This document shows positions 28,706 to 39,557 of a DNA stretch of 57,737 nt, piece after piece. The stretch is taken from IMG/VR virus record IMGVR_UViG_3300032007_000041. The stretch is one strand, 5' to 3'. Source of the DNA: an uncultured virus (IMG/VR IMGVR_UViG_3300032007_000041) (Duplodnaviria; Heunggongvirae; Uroviricota; Caudoviricetes). The notes below the pieces were generated by a model. The model did no database searches, was not told the origin of the DNA, and saw only the letters and a program-made list of their open reading frames with translations. A program made the translations under genes and the position numbers. The first letter of the stretch is position 1. Each line of letters opens with the position of its first letter.

Positions 28706-30070
28706 TTATGTTATATCGGTTTGATACCTTAATTTTGATAAATCGTAATAATTATATGTATGACGAGAATTTGTATAAGACAAATAAGCACTTCTAAAAT
28801 AATTAATATATTTATTTGTCAAATCAACACAATGTATATAGTTTGTTTTTACATCATATAAGAACCATTTATAATTTCTATTTAATTGTTCAAATGAATA
28901 ACTATATCTAGGTAATGATTCTGTTGTCATCCCAAACACAATTGCATTTTTAACTAATGCACTACTATCATAAGATGTGCCATAATATTCATCATTAAAT
29001 TCTATTTTAAATGTTTCTCCTTTATTAAATTTAATAAGCATGGCATTTGCTAACCAATTTTGGTCTCCACCAAATGATGTTGTTTGCAAACCATTATTAT
29101 AAGTAGTTAATTCTACTCCATATTTGTTTGTTATTCTTATATTTAACCCGATTACAAACATTTGTGAAATTCCTGTAATTGGATTTGGTGGTGTAAAATA
29201 AATTCCTTTACTGTCAGAAGCCATTTTAACGTGTGCTCTACCAAATATACCACATAATATTGCATATAATTCTGCATATGTTGTCATTGGTATTAAAATA
29301 TCTCCAAATGGGAAATATTTATTATTTATATTATCTTGCCTAGCTACACAAATCTGTAATTCGTTACCATATTCATCTGTTACTCTCATACCACTATCAA
29401 AATCAGAATCTAATCTATCTAATGGTACATATCTTGTTTTACCATCGGAACAATAACAAGACAAATGAGCATTTTGTAATGGAAAACCTTCTGTATTATC
29501 ATACATCTTACATTTGACTGTTTTTCCCCATTTCTCCATATAAAAATTAAAATACCATTGTCTTATAGATTTTTTCCCTGCACCAAAATCAGAATCATGA
29601 TATGTAATATATGGATATTCATTTACATCCAATCCATTTATTTCATTATATGTAATATAAGGATACTGATATACTTGTTCTTTATTGTTAAATTGATAAG
29701 TAATATATGGATATATTGTTGTATCTTTTTCATTTTGTTTAACATCAAATTTAATTTGTGTTGCTTTTTGTTTTATATTTACACGTTTCGCTATATCCAT
29801 TTGCGTATATAAATGAGAATGTGTTTGAGGTATTTTTGGTATTGTCATAACACCAAATAATTTTGGTTTAAAAAAGGTTTTATTTTCAGATATTACACCA
29901 AATGCCTGTGGTTTTACATAGGTATCCTTATTTGTATGTACACCAAATAATTGTGGTTTAATATATGACGTTTTCATCGTCATAACACCAAATGATTTTA
30001 CTTCCTTCACTATACTATCTAGGTAAGATACTACCGCAAAAATTTGCGGGGTTACATAGATTTTATCCAT
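28706..30070 (-). CDS. tail-associated protein with repeats (paralog of 24220-25383)
   Basis: Four Y.KPQ.FGV-type repeats, three YPYITY repeats; C-terminal half matches 24220. Confidence 0.7.
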   Translation of the reverse strand: MDKIYVTPQIFAVVSYLDSIVKEVKSFGVMTMKTSYIKPQLFGVHTNKDTYVKPQAFGVISENKTFFKPKLFGVMTIPKIPQTHSHLYTQMDIAKRVNIKQKATQIKFDVKQNEKDTTIYPYITYQFNNKEQVYQYPYITYNEINGLDVNEYPYITYHDSDFGAGKKSIRQWYFNFYMEKWGKTVKCKMYDNTEGFPLQNAHLSCYCSDGKTRYVPLDRLDSDFDSGMRVTDEYGNELQICVARQDNINNKYFPFGDILIPMTTYAELYAILCGIFGRAHVKMASDSKGIYFTPPNPITGISQMFVIGLNIRITNKYGVELTTYNNGLQTTSFGGDQNWLANAMLIKFNKGETFKIEFNDEYYGTSYDSSALVKNAIVFGMTTESLPRYSYSFEQLNRNYKWFLYDVKTNYIHCVDLTNKYINYFRSAYLSYTNSRHTYNYYDLSKLRYQTDIT

Positions 30071-30085
30071 TATCTCACCTACTTT

Positions 30086-31111
30086 TTAATTATTCTTGAT
30101 TTTATTCGTTATTGTAAAAATAGCTTTTGAAAAGTTATCTTCATTCCACTCTACATTATTATTAGGATTTTTAACTAAGATTTTAGAATTGTTTCCATAA
30201 TATTTTTGATTTGCTAAATGTTGTTCATCATATTGTGTATCATTAACAGAATATGTAATATCATTATTACCATATGAATAAGCAACTTCGCTACCTAACA
30301 TAACGGCATCTATAGATGTATTATCATACCAATCTATTTTCTTTTTTAATTCGGTCATATCTACCTGATATTTGATTACATCATCATTATTCCCTGTAAC
30401 ATATGTTCCATCAGATTTTTTTGCCCAATTTGTACCTGTCATTACTTTTATTGGAAATTCTACACAATATTTATCATCTAAATTATTTTCACTTATAATA
30501 ATATTTGAAATATTGCGACCACATGTAGTAGCCCCACATATAGATATGTTATCAATATAAAAGAATTTTTCAGGCTTATATAATAAATAAATTCCTGTTT
30601 TAACATCTAAAGTAAAATTTTTATCGTTATTTAATTTTACTTCAATATGTGTCGATAAATCTAATTCGCTATAATATATATGTAATTTTACATTTATCAA
30701 TGTTGCTTTAAAAATATCTACATTATTTAATTCTCCAATTATGGAAGCATTATTGTTTTTATCTGTTACTTCTATATACATTGTTTTATCTTTATATTTT
30801 AATGATATTAAAGGATAATTTTCGTTTGATGTTGCTAGATTTATTAATGGGGATTTTTGTGTCTCTTTTTCATAATAATCATAAGATATATATAGTTCTT
30901 TAATTGATTTTAATTTATCTTTCGTATTCGTATTAAATAACCATGTATCAATATGAGTATTATCAGGATAATTGCACCAATAACTATTAGTAAAATTGTT
31001 TTTACATTTTATTTCATTACCGTTTTCCCTAGTATCTGCACATACCATATTAGGTAAAAATTGATAGTACCCCGGGTTTATATATAAAAAATTATTAGAC
31101 AATATCATCAT
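30086..31111 (-). CDS. tail-associated YxNPG-family protein
   Basis: LYINPGY; ISNIIIS; NP.....W near the C-terminus. Confidence 0.65.
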   Translation of the reverse strand: MMILSNNFLYINPGYYQFLPNMVCADTRENGNEIKCKNNFTNSYWCNYPDNTHIDTWLFNTNTKDKLKSIKELYISYDYYEKETQKSPLINLATSNENYPLISLKYKDKTMYIEVTDKNNNASIIGELNNVDIFKATLINVKLHIYYSELDLSTHIEVKLNNDKNFTLDVKTGIYLLYKPEKFFYIDNISICGATTCGRNISNIIISENNLDDKYCVEFPIKVMTGTNWAKKSDGTYVTGNNDDVIKYQVDMTELKKKIDWYDNTSIDAVMLGSEVAYSYGNNDITYSVNDTQYDEQHLANQKYYGNNSKILVKNPNNNVEWNEDNFSKAIFTITNKIKNN

Positions 31112-31117
31112 TCCTCC

Positions 31118-32146
31118 TTATATATTTTCTTTACTCTTTATTGTAAAATTTGCTTGCGATAAACTATTTACATTCCACGTAAAATCATTTGAAGGATTTT
31201 TATCTAATATTTTAGATTTAAATCCTTTATTTTTATTGCTATCTACAACTATCGTTTCTATTGGAACATTATCTATACTTAATTCTACGTGTTCTGTACC
31301 TTCTGAATATCCTGTCGTTGCACCAAATAATACATCATGAATATTTACTTGATTACTTATATAATAATCATAATCTAAAAAAATTGCCGTATTCGATGAA
31401 AAATTCATTTTTTGATTATTAGAATCTGCATAGTACAAATTGTTCTTCTTTGTCCATGTAGTACTATCTATTTTAGTAGGTACTAAAATACTTTTCTTCC
31501 CTTTTAATGTTTCATTACCTGCAATAATACTAGATATATAACTAGTATCAATATTAGAACCGATATATGTATTTATAATATTATTCGTATTAAACCATTT
31601 ACTTATATCTACTTTTTTATATACTACATTATTTATCCATAATTCTATACTGTTTTCAGTTCTCATATTAATGTGTATATCAAAATTTGTTATTGATTTA
31701 TACAATCCTATCTGTTCTATTTCAAATAAGTATTGAAATGTATCTGATGATGTATCTACTTCATTTTTTCTGTTTTCTATTTGTGATAAAAGATTTGATT
31801 GCATAATATTATTGATTCCATCTGTGGCTATAAATAACAAATTATACTCTTTTTGATTATCTAAAATCATATCTATATATGGATATTTTTCATTATCTAA
31901 TTTAAATCTTACCAATGGAGTATAATTATTTGTTCTTCCTTTAGTTTCAGTAATATATAAATCGAAATCGAAGTAATACTCATTTGATTTAAATAAAGTA
32001 TCAGTCTCATATAAAGCGTAATATTCATTTTTATTAAGTGATATATATGTTCCTATATGAGTTTTCTTTTTATCTATATTTGTATCACTTTTTTTAGTTG
32101 GATTAACTAACAATTCATTGAACCCTGGGTTTGCATAATATATCAT
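31118..32146 (-). CDS. tail-associated YxNPG-family protein
   Basis: YYANPGF; ISSIIA; NPSNDFTW. Confidence 0.65.
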   Translation of the reverse strand: MIYYANPGFNELLVNPTKKSDTNIDKKKTHIGTYISLNKNEYYALYETDTLFKSNEYYFDFDLYITETKGRTNNYTPLVRFKLDNEKYPYIDMILDNQKEYNLLFIATDGINNIMQSNLLSQIENRKNEVDTSSDTFQYLFEIEQIGLYKSITNFDIHINMRTENSIELWINNVVYKKVDISKWFNTNNIINTYIGSNIDTSYISSIIAGNETLKGKKSILVPTKIDSTTWTKKNNLYYADSNNQKMNFSSNTAIFLDYDYYISNQVNIHDVLFGATTGYSEGTEHVELSIDNVPIETIVVDSNKNKGFKSKILDKNPSNDFTWNVNSLSQANFTIKSKENI

Positions 32147-32150
32147 ATTA

Positions 32151-33083
32151 TCACTTCCTGCTTAGTTCAATGTATATTTTTTTATTAGAAAATTCATTTG
32201 CGCTAAATGGTTTTTTGGTTTCAGTATTAGTAGATACATACGCATTATTATATCCTGTCTGATTTGACTCAATTTTGAACGAACCTAAATCTTGATTATC
32301 TAAATGTTGTACCGCTTCTGTTTTATATGTATCTTCATTTTCTACTTTAGTAACCAATCCAAAACCTGTTATATCTTTATACATATTATTGTCTAATAAC
32401 TCATTTATTGTAAATTCTCCTGAAGTATTATTAGCAATAATTTTATGTGTATAATCTGTGGTAAGCATATGAATACGTTCATTTCCAATTTTATTTGAAT
32501 CATTATAAATAATGTTAGATATACAAGTATTTACATCTAATACATAATTACAATAAAAATTTATACGATTCACTTTATTTATTGCACCAGTTTTATATAA
32601 ACTAGTATCTAATAAATTACGTACTAATCTTCCGTTTACATACACTTCAATTGTTGTGGTATTACTCCATATAACATGTAATTCAAATGTATTAATTTCG
32701 TTTATTTTTACATATAATGGGTCGGACATTAATGGAATTTTGCTATTAGTTAAAATATTCACTTCAAATGTATCTTTTAAATATTGTTTAAAACATAATT
32801 GCAAATTTTTATTTGGGTCAGAGTCATGATAAAAATCAAATACTTTTACCCAATCATTAATAAAATTTGTACTTCCTGGAGCTTTTGTAATAGACATATC
32901 AAACAAAATATAAAAATTATCTACTAAATTAACAGTTTTATAAAAAACACAATTATCACAATCATTTAATTTTAAATAGTATCCTGTATTTGACCTTTCA
33001 TGATTTTCATCTATTCCGATTACATTATCATTAAATATTTGGTATTCAAATATCTGTGGGAAACCAGGGTTTGTATATTTCAT
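32151..33083 (-). CDS. tail-associated YxNPG-family protein
   Basis: KYTNPGF; FELHV..IEVYVNG; ISNII. Confidence 0.65.
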   Translation of the reverse strand: MKYTNPGFPQIFEYQIFNDNVIGIDENHERSNTGYYLKLNDCDNCVFYKTVNLVDNFYILFDMSITKAPGSTNFINDWVKVFDFYHDSDPNKNLQLCFKQYLKDTFEVNILTNSKIPLMSDPLYVKINEINTFELHVIWSNTTTIEVYVNGRLVRNLLDTSLYKTGAINKVNRINFYCNYVLDVNTCISNIIYNDSNKIGNERIHMLTTDYTHKIIANNTSGEFTINELLDNNMYKDITGFGLVTKVENEDTYKTEAVQHLDNQDLGSFKIESNQTGYNNAYVSTNTETKKPFSANEFSNKKIYIELSRK

Positions 33084-33096
33084 TTATATCCCTCCT

Positions 33097-34842
33097 TTAT
33101 ACGTTAATTATTGCTACTGTATTTGGATTAAATATTAACATATTACCTTCTACATAACCAATTTTCTTACACACACGTCCTGTAGTAGTTATTGGTACAT
33201 AAGAAATCTTACCATTGTCTCCAACATAACAAGTCTGACCATTGTGAGAAGTAGTACCTAAATCGAATCTTCCACTATACATAACTGCTATATCTTGTGA
33301 TAAACCATCTGTAGTAGCCAATACAATATTATCACAGTTACTATTGTTTTTGTTATTAGCAGGTTCATATCCTGATGGTTTATATACTAATAAATCCCCT
33401 GCATGAATTTTTATATCGGTAGCATTTGTACCTCCATACGATGGATTTAATTTAACAATTTGTGTTGTCCTAGCAATGCCAGTAGTATCTTTTGCTATAT
33501 CTGCATTACCACTCCATGCTTCTTCATCAATAGGTACTTTATTAGAATCAATCCATATTTTACCACCAGGAATATACATATTTTGTGTAGCATATAAATC
33601 TTTAGAATATAATCCTGTACCTTTAACGTATATATTGGTATTTTTCTTTAAAGCCCCTTTTTTATCATTATTAACAACCAAGTAATTAATATTATCGTTA
33701 TCTATATCAATCTTGCTATATAAACTTCTCCCATCAACACTATCTGCTAAAGCATAATTATGTTTATGTCTATATAAAGCATTACTTGTTGTTAAACGAT
33801 TATCATCAGGCGACCCACCAACTGTTTCATCTACTCCACGAGCACAGGCATCTCCTAAAACATATCCTTCATATGTTTTATTTTTCAATGCCTGATAATC
33901 TGTTAAATTAACAACTTCTTTACCATTTGAGTATAAATGATGTTCGTCTATATAAACTAAATTTTGTGTATACGTAGACGCTTTACTTGCTTGTTCACTT
34001 GTACCCAATACAAATATTTTTTTATTGGTTGGTAAAGAACTAGTAATTCCATTAATACCTAAATTATTTGGTAATGAGATTGTTCTATTATGAATATCAG
34101 TAACTAATCCCATACTATTAACTGTAATATCAGGAACGGTAAACGAACCACTTGTACCCAAAGTCATATCGCCAACTGTACCATATTCACCTTCATTTAC
34201 AGATTGTGTACGAATATTAGTATTAATAATAATATCATTTGACCCATCCATTTGGACAGAACCCAATACATCACCTGTTAATGTCAATGTAATAGATTTA
34301 TTTAATTGTTTTGCTTTATCTGCAATACCTTCCAAATCACCTACTATTTTTGGTGCTTTTAAAGTATCATTTTCTATACTAATTTTAGAATTTCTTCTTA
34401 ATTTATTTGGCATAGCTTCCATAGAGCCAATCAAATTATATTCTGTTAAATTATCTGTAATTACATCTACTGAATTAGCATCTCCACCAGGCTTTTTACC
34501 ACCTGCATACATATGCGTATGAGTTTTCAATCCATTTTGTAATACACTTACATCTGTCGTAATAGACTTTAATTGAGCTAAAATAGATTTTTCGTCCATA
34601 GCAGAAGAAGTGTTTGATAATGTGGTTAAATCAGTAGATAATTTATCTACTTTGTTTTTTAAATCATTATATTCTTTTGTATGGTCTGTTTTATATGTAG
34701 CTAAATAATTCTTTAACGCTTCTAAACTTGTTTTTAAATATAATGTTCTGTTTGCCAATTGTTGATTTGGCACATCATTATTTATATCTACAGAAGTTAT
34801 AGAAGGAGAATAAATATCTGTTTCTGTTAAATTCTTTGGCAC
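33097..34842 (-). CDS. tail fibre protein (module 1; paralog of 26805-28667)
   Basis: QQLANRTLYLK, HTHMYAG; QAL.NKTYEGY.L..AC.R, IPGG..WID and GY.EGN shared with 26805. Confidence 0.75.
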   Translation of the reverse strand: MPKNLTETDIYSPSITSVDINNDVPNQQLANRTLYLKTSLEALKNYLATYKTDHTKEYNDLKNKVDKLSTDLTTLSNTSSAMDEKSILAQLKSITTDVSVLQNGLKTHTHMYAGGKKPGGDANSVDVITDNLTEYNLIGSMEAMPNKLRRNSKISIENDTLKAPKIVGDLEGIADKAKQLNKSITLTLTGDVLGSVQMDGSNDIIINTNIRTQSVNEGEYGTVGDMTLGTSGSFTVPDITVNSMGLVTDIHNRTISLPNNLGINGITSSLPTNKKIFVLGTSEQASKASTYTQNLVYIDEHHLYSNGKEVVNLTDYQALKNKTYEGYVLGDACARGVDETVGGSPDDNRLTTSNALYRHKHNYALADSVDGRSLYSKIDIDNDNINYLVVNNDKKGALKKNTNIYVKGTGLYSKDLYATQNMYIPGGKIWIDSNKVPIDEEAWSGNADIAKDTTGIARTTQIVKLNPSYGGTNATDIKIHAGDLLVYKPSGYEPANNKNNSNCDNIVLATTDGLSQDIAVMYSGRFDLGTTSHNGQTCYVGDNGKISYVPITTTGRVCKKIGYVEGNMLIFNPNTVAIINV

Positions 34843-34924
34843 ATTTATTCACTCCCTATTTTTATAATTTCTCTAAAAACAAAATAAAAAAAGCACGTAA
34901 TTTTACTACGTACTTTCAGTTAAA

Positions 34925-35115
34925 TCAATATTATTATACAGGTATATCATTTCATTATATCATTTCATTATATCATTTAATATACCTGTATTTTTAATAA
35001 TAATATTATTAAATTTTTATATATAGTTTAATCACATCAATTTAATTATACCAACATATCTAATTTAATATCTATATGCAAAAATTATACCAATATATCT
35101 ACTTTAATATCTAAT
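34925..35115. repeat. non-coding AT-rich repeat region
   Basis: Inverted repeat ATACAGGTATA/TATACCTGTAT enclosing tandem TATCATTTCATTA units; near-duplicate AATTATACCAA.ATATCTA.TTTAATATCTA. Confidence 0.6.
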
Positions 35116-35303
35116 TCATTATACGAAACAATCTTTTTATCTTAATATACAAATATATCTTTTCTTCTATTCTTTTTTCTATATATTAAATTACCAATCA
35201 TGTGAATCAATATATTATGCACTATAATCTGTTTATAAAATAAAGAAGTAATATTATTATTGATAAAATGATTATATAAGAATATCAATCTATATAATTT
35301 TTA

Positions 35304-37490
35304 TTAAGGCATCCAATCGAAATTTTCATTAGGTTTACCGATAGTTTCACATTCATCAATATCATCAATACCGTTATGGTTCATATCAATATAATCCTTA
35401 TTATAAGGATTAATTTGAATATCAACGCCATAGAATTTATCAGGAGTATGTTGGAATAAACCATTATGTTTAATTTTTCTATCATAATAATGATAATTAG
35501 TATATTTCAATTCATCTTTACGAGTAAAGTTTTTAGTTTCCTTATCTATAACAGTAAAATTGTGGATGTGAATATTATCAACGAAAGAACAAGTCCACGG
35601 AGAATCAGACATTTTCATTTGTTCCCATCTATGGATAGCATAATCCAAATTATAGAAATATTCTTTATAGTGTAGCCATTTATCTTCCGTATCAACGATT
35701 TTCAATTGACGTTTATCATTAATATAATAATGGTATCTATCCAAATCTGTTTTCGTAACGGTTTTATAATCGAATTCGATATAGAAATATTCAGGAACAG
35801 TTTCTCTTAGAATAACCAAGGGAGCAACGTCCTTTTTTTGTTGTTTATCTACCATCCATACTTCTTTTTTCTTAGCATTAGCTTTGACAACATGATTTAA
35901 AGAAGGTAATGCATAATCATCGAAATCATGATTTAAATACCATTTACCGATATAAGTAAAATCGAATTCATCAGAAAAGTATTCATCTTTGACAAACCAC
36001 GGTTTAATTTTAACAATAGTTTGATATTCTGTACGAATATCAGCATCGGTATCTATATAAACAGGAAACACACCAAACACCCAATACGTATTAGAAGCAA
36101 GACCTGTAATATTAATTTCGTAATGATAAGCTGCGTGTATAGCAGGAACATCAACGATTTTATAAGTACCGTCATCATCGTCAGTAATATATTGGTCATC
36201 TTGTTTAAACATAATACGTATATGGTCGATATGGTTTCTAATTTTCAAATCATAAGAAATTTTCATAGAGCGGATTCCGTCCTCGAATTTCAGATTATAC
36301 ATTTCATCATAATAAGGTTTATAATGAATCAATTCTGCTTGTGAATCAGTATTCCAAAAATACAAATCAGGATATATTTGATGGTCGTTATCCCAATCCT
36401 TTTTAAATAATTTACTTCTTATATAAGGTTTAATAAAATAAGAAGTATTGTTATCAGGAAGGTGGAATTTTTCATGATTTTGAAATTGATAATCAGTAAT
36501 AAAATAATCTAAAGAAGGAACGTGGTCGGAGTTTAATTTAAAGAACACGTCACCGAAATCTATATCGTTATTATCCTCATAATAAGCATAGATAAAATCA
36601 TCTGTAACTAATTTACCTGTAACTAATTTACCTGTACTATCTTTAATCAAATGGCGGTGTTGTTTATATTTTAAATTTTTCAATAATTTAGGGATATGGT
36701 CAAACCATGTTTTATTATATGTATGAGCAAAGATGGTTTGGAAATTCATATTATCTACGTCATAATATTCCAAAGCGTAATAATAAGCTCTACCATCAGC
36801 TATCATAGTATCATTATAAGATAAAATATCATTATTGTGAAAAGTATCTACATAACGATACCAAACTTTTTCATCATTTTGTAAGATAAATTTGCCTTTT
36901 GATAAATCAGGGACATCATTGCTATCTTTATCTTTAATAGTATCTATTTGTGTATTATCTGCGCGTTTATATAACTTGACTGTAAAATCAAAAGGATAAT
37001 CAATAGGATTCCACGATATAGTAGCAGAATGACAGTCTGCATTAATGGTAGCTTTTAAATCATATTCAAATTGCAGTAATTGATGTGTATTTACAATATC
37101 AGGTTTACGAGAACCACAATTTCTACAAAAACGACTAAATAAAACGCTTGCTTGACGTAAATTATCTTCATTATATTTAATCTTTTTATTGCCGTATTTA
37201 TTGATAATGAGTTTATTTATATCTTCATTATAAAATGTCATATCATTTAGAAGATTGTTATAAAATTTATGTACTTTACTTTCTGCTTCTAGTGTATGTA
37301 ATTCACCGTAGCCATTTACGAGCATATCTTCTAAAACATTCCATTGTTGTTGCAGGTAATCTTTATCATAATTTGGAGTTTTAAAAATTTCTTCTATATA
37401 ATTATATTGTTTATCTATAGCGGAGCATAAAGAACAGTTATCATTATGTTCCCACATTATTTTAGTTTCATCAACAATATATTTAGGCAC
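35304..37490 (-). CDS. large hypothetical protein, possibly structural with Ig/FN3-like domains
   Basis: GTG at 37490 after AAGGAGG; ATISWNP...YYYALEY and ITGLASNTYW.F.VFP resemble FN3; C-terminal DMNHNGIDD resembles a Ca-binding motif. Confidence 0.65.
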   Translation of the reverse strand: MPKYIVDETKIMWEHNDNCSLCSAIDKQYNYIEEIFKTPNYDKDYLQQQWNVLEDMLVNGYGELHTLEAESKVHKFYNNLLNDMTFYNEDINKLIINKYGNKKIKYNEDNLRQASVLFSRFCRNCGSRKPDIVNTHQLLQFEYDLKATINADCHSATISWNPIDYPFDFTVKLYKRADNTQIDTIKDKDSNDVPDLSKGKFILQNDEKVWYRYVDTFHNNDILSYNDTMIADGRAYYYALEYYDVDNMNFQTIFAHTYNKTWFDHIPKLLKNLKYKQHRHLIKDSTGKLVTGKLVTDDFIYAYYEDNNDIDFGDVFFKLNSDHVPSLDYFITDYQFQNHEKFHLPDNNTSYFIKPYIRSKLFKKDWDNDHQIYPDLYFWNTDSQAELIHYKPYYDEMYNLKFEDGIRSMKISYDLKIRNHIDHIRIMFKQDDQYITDDDDGTYKIVDVPAIHAAYHYEINITGLASNTYWVFGVFPVYIDTDADIRTEYQTIVKIKPWFVKDEYFSDEFDFTYIGKWYLNHDFDDYALPSLNHVVKANAKKKEVWMVDKQQKKDVAPLVILRETVPEYFYIEFDYKTVTKTDLDRYHYYINDKRQLKIVDTEDKWLHYKEYFYNLDYAIHRWEQMKMSDSPWTCSFVDNIHIHNFTVIDKETKNFTRKDELKYTNYHYYDRKIKHNGLFQHTPDKFYGVDIQINPYNKDYIDMNHNGIDDIDECETIGKPNENFDWMP

Positions 37491-37572
37491 AAAAATACCT
37501 CCTTCTTTAAAATTCATCTAATAATAAAATAATACAAAAAAAGCGTATGATTTGTTTTTATACGCTTAATTT

Positions 37573-37968
37573 TTAGATACCGAAGAATTTCATATATTCA
37601 TAGATAAAATCTTCTTTGTAATTATCTAAAATTTCTTCAAAGATTTTATGATGAATGAATTTATTATTTTTTTCTTTAATAAACTGATTTTTGATAGTTA
37701 TAAACGGAGTACAATTTAATTCCCTTAATGTAAAACAATGACCATTACTGTAATCTTTTTTTATAGAACACCATTGATTATAATGGACAGTATGTACATG
37801 TACACTATCGTCTGCAAAAAAAACATAGATGTAATAAGCAGATTTTTTCATTTCACATACATATCCAAAACAATATTGAATATCAAAATCATTGATATAA
37901 AATTTAAATGGAGTAAGTAAAGCACGGTTTTCTTTTTGAGATAAGAAAAAATTGGTTAATTTTCGCAT
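37573..37968 (-). CDS. small protein, C-terminal G-hydrophobic family
   Basis: Ends YEYMKFFGI*. Confidence 0.65.
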   Translation of the reverse strand: MRKLTNFFLSQKENRALLTPFKFYINDFDIQYCFGYVCEMKKSAYYIYVFFADDSVHVHTVHYNQWCSIKKDYSNGHCFTLRELNCTPFITIKNQFIKEKNNKFIHHKIFEEILDNYKEDFIYEYMKFFGI

Positions 37969-39422
37969 GGGAACAACAACTCACTTTTCGTTCTACCTGA
38001 AAGTTTAATCATCGTAGTAAGTTTCTTCTGATACTCATTAATCAGAAGATTGAGTTTCTTCACAATGGTTGCATGGTTATCAGAAACATGGTCTACCCAA
38101 TCATAATTAACTTTTGCTAAACCACAATTGGTTTTTACGAAATATGTATCATACTTATAGCTATCAGGTTTATATGTATCCTGTTTATCAATAACAACGT
38201 AACCGTGTTCAAATTCAAGGGTTTTAAACCCATTGACTTTAGCATAATCTTCCAAACGGAAAGTCGCTTCAGTAAGAGTATCGAATGCCAATTCCAATTC
38301 TGTATTATCAACGTTCTTTTTGTGTTTTGTTACGTTAAATCCACAATTAATAAACTCTTTTGGAGTCTGCGGAAGATACGTAGAACCATAACGATAGTAT
38401 CTCTTATTATATCTTCTGCTAAAAGCTATAGGAGTAGTCATGCGAACCGTAACGGAACTGTTATCAATAATGGGGACAGATATACGGTTATATTCCTTGC
38501 CTAAAATACGTTTTGCAAGAGCTTTCTGATGACGGTTCATTTTATCAAATCTCGTAAATAAAGTCATAAATGTATCATAGATGATTTTTGTTTCTTTGTT
38601 TACGTTTTTGATACGTTTCAGGACGTTGAATATATCAAATGGAGTAGTAAGAGTAAAATATGCCTCGCCAATTTTAATTCTGCAAAAAACATTAGGAACA
38701 TTAAGTGCATTTTTCCTTTTTACAGAAATAATGTATTTCTCTTCCTTACTTGCATTTTTGTCATAAGGATAAGAATTATATCTTCTATTACCAATATTAG
38801 GAGAAGCACTATCATGAATAACGTTAAATAAAGACATAATAATACCATCGTTTTTATGATAATAGTAAAGAGATTTAAAAATATCATCTTTATTAATATC
38901 ATTATGAGTATAGTCATATCCAAAATCTTTATCCTTATTTACGAGCTTGTAAAATTTGAAAGAATTTTTTGGTGTTTCAATATTATAGTAAGTTTTAAAA
39001 CCTGATTTAACATATACCTTTTTACCAAAAAAGTTATTAAAACAGACTAATGTATAACTACTATTAGATTTAGCCATACAATCATCAAGAATGAGAACAT
39101 CATATAATTCAATATTGCTATCAGGTTCGGTTTCATTAAAATGAATGTGGTCATAATCATAAGTAGAATAAGAGCCATTCCAACTACTTACGGAATAAGA
39201 CATATTATAAGTAGTGAAATAACCAATTTTATTCTGTACTTCACGTTCCAGAGTTTGAAGGTACTGTTCCGTATTTTTATTGTTAAGTTTATTTCCGTTA
39301 TATTTAACAACAACAATACGATTATTATACATAGCTGTAGAATACATGATACGATTTTTTGTAAAACTATGATTAAGAATATCTTCATTCAAATCAATTA
39401 AATATTTTCTAAATGATTTCAT
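37956..39422 (-). CDS. early hypothetical protein (paralog of 39558-40904)
   Basis: Shared IL..SFT, CFNNF.G, VRM.TPI.F, NGFK..F..G.VVI, TTM.K..G. Confidence 0.8.
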   Translation of the reverse strand: MKSFRKYLIDLNEDILNHSFTKNRIMYSTAMYNNRIVVVKYNGNKLNNKNTEQYLQTLEREVQNKIGYFTTYNMSYSVSSWNGSYSTYDYDHIHFNETEPDSNIELYDVLILDDCMAKSNSSYTLVCFNNFFGKKVYVKSGFKTYYNIETPKNSFKFYKLVNKDKDFGYDYTHNDINKDDIFKSLYYYHKNDGIIMSLFNVIHDSASPNIGNRRYNSYPYDKNASKEEKYIISVKRKNALNVPNVFCRIKIGEAYFTLTTPFDIFNVLKRIKNVNKETKIIYDTFMTLFTRFDKMNRHQKALAKRILGKEYNRISVPIIDNSSVTVRMTTPIAFSRRYNKRYYRYGSTYLPQTPKEFINCGFNVTKHKKNVDNTELELAFDTLTEATFRLEDYAKVNGFKTLEFEHGYVVIDKQDTYKPDSYKYDTYFVKTNCGLAKVNYDWVDHVSDNHATIVKKLNLLINEYQKKLTTMIKLSGRTKSELLFPCEN

Positions 39423-39466
39423 TGTTAATTAACCTCCCACTTTGTATTTCTTTCTTTGTTAATATT

Positions 39467-39495
39467 ATAATAACATATTTTGTTTCATTTGTCAA
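39467..39495 (-). promoter_or_regulatory. sigma70-type promoter
   Basis: TTGACA-17-TATTAT with TG extension. Confidence 0.7.
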
Positions 39496-39521
39496 TAGTT
39501 TTAATTAATTTTTTTAAATAA

Positions 39522-39547
39522 AATCCCTATCTACATAGATAGGGATT
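39522..39547 (-). terminator. intrinsic terminator
   Basis: AATCCCTATCTA/TAGATAGGGATT. Confidence 0.75.
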
Positions 39548-39557
39548 AGGGAAGGTA

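Noticed and set aside
36604..36636. 15-bp tandem duplication (TGKLV twice); similar ones at ~42364 and ~51205
   Set aside because: Ordinary in-frame slippage duplications with no sign of a system.
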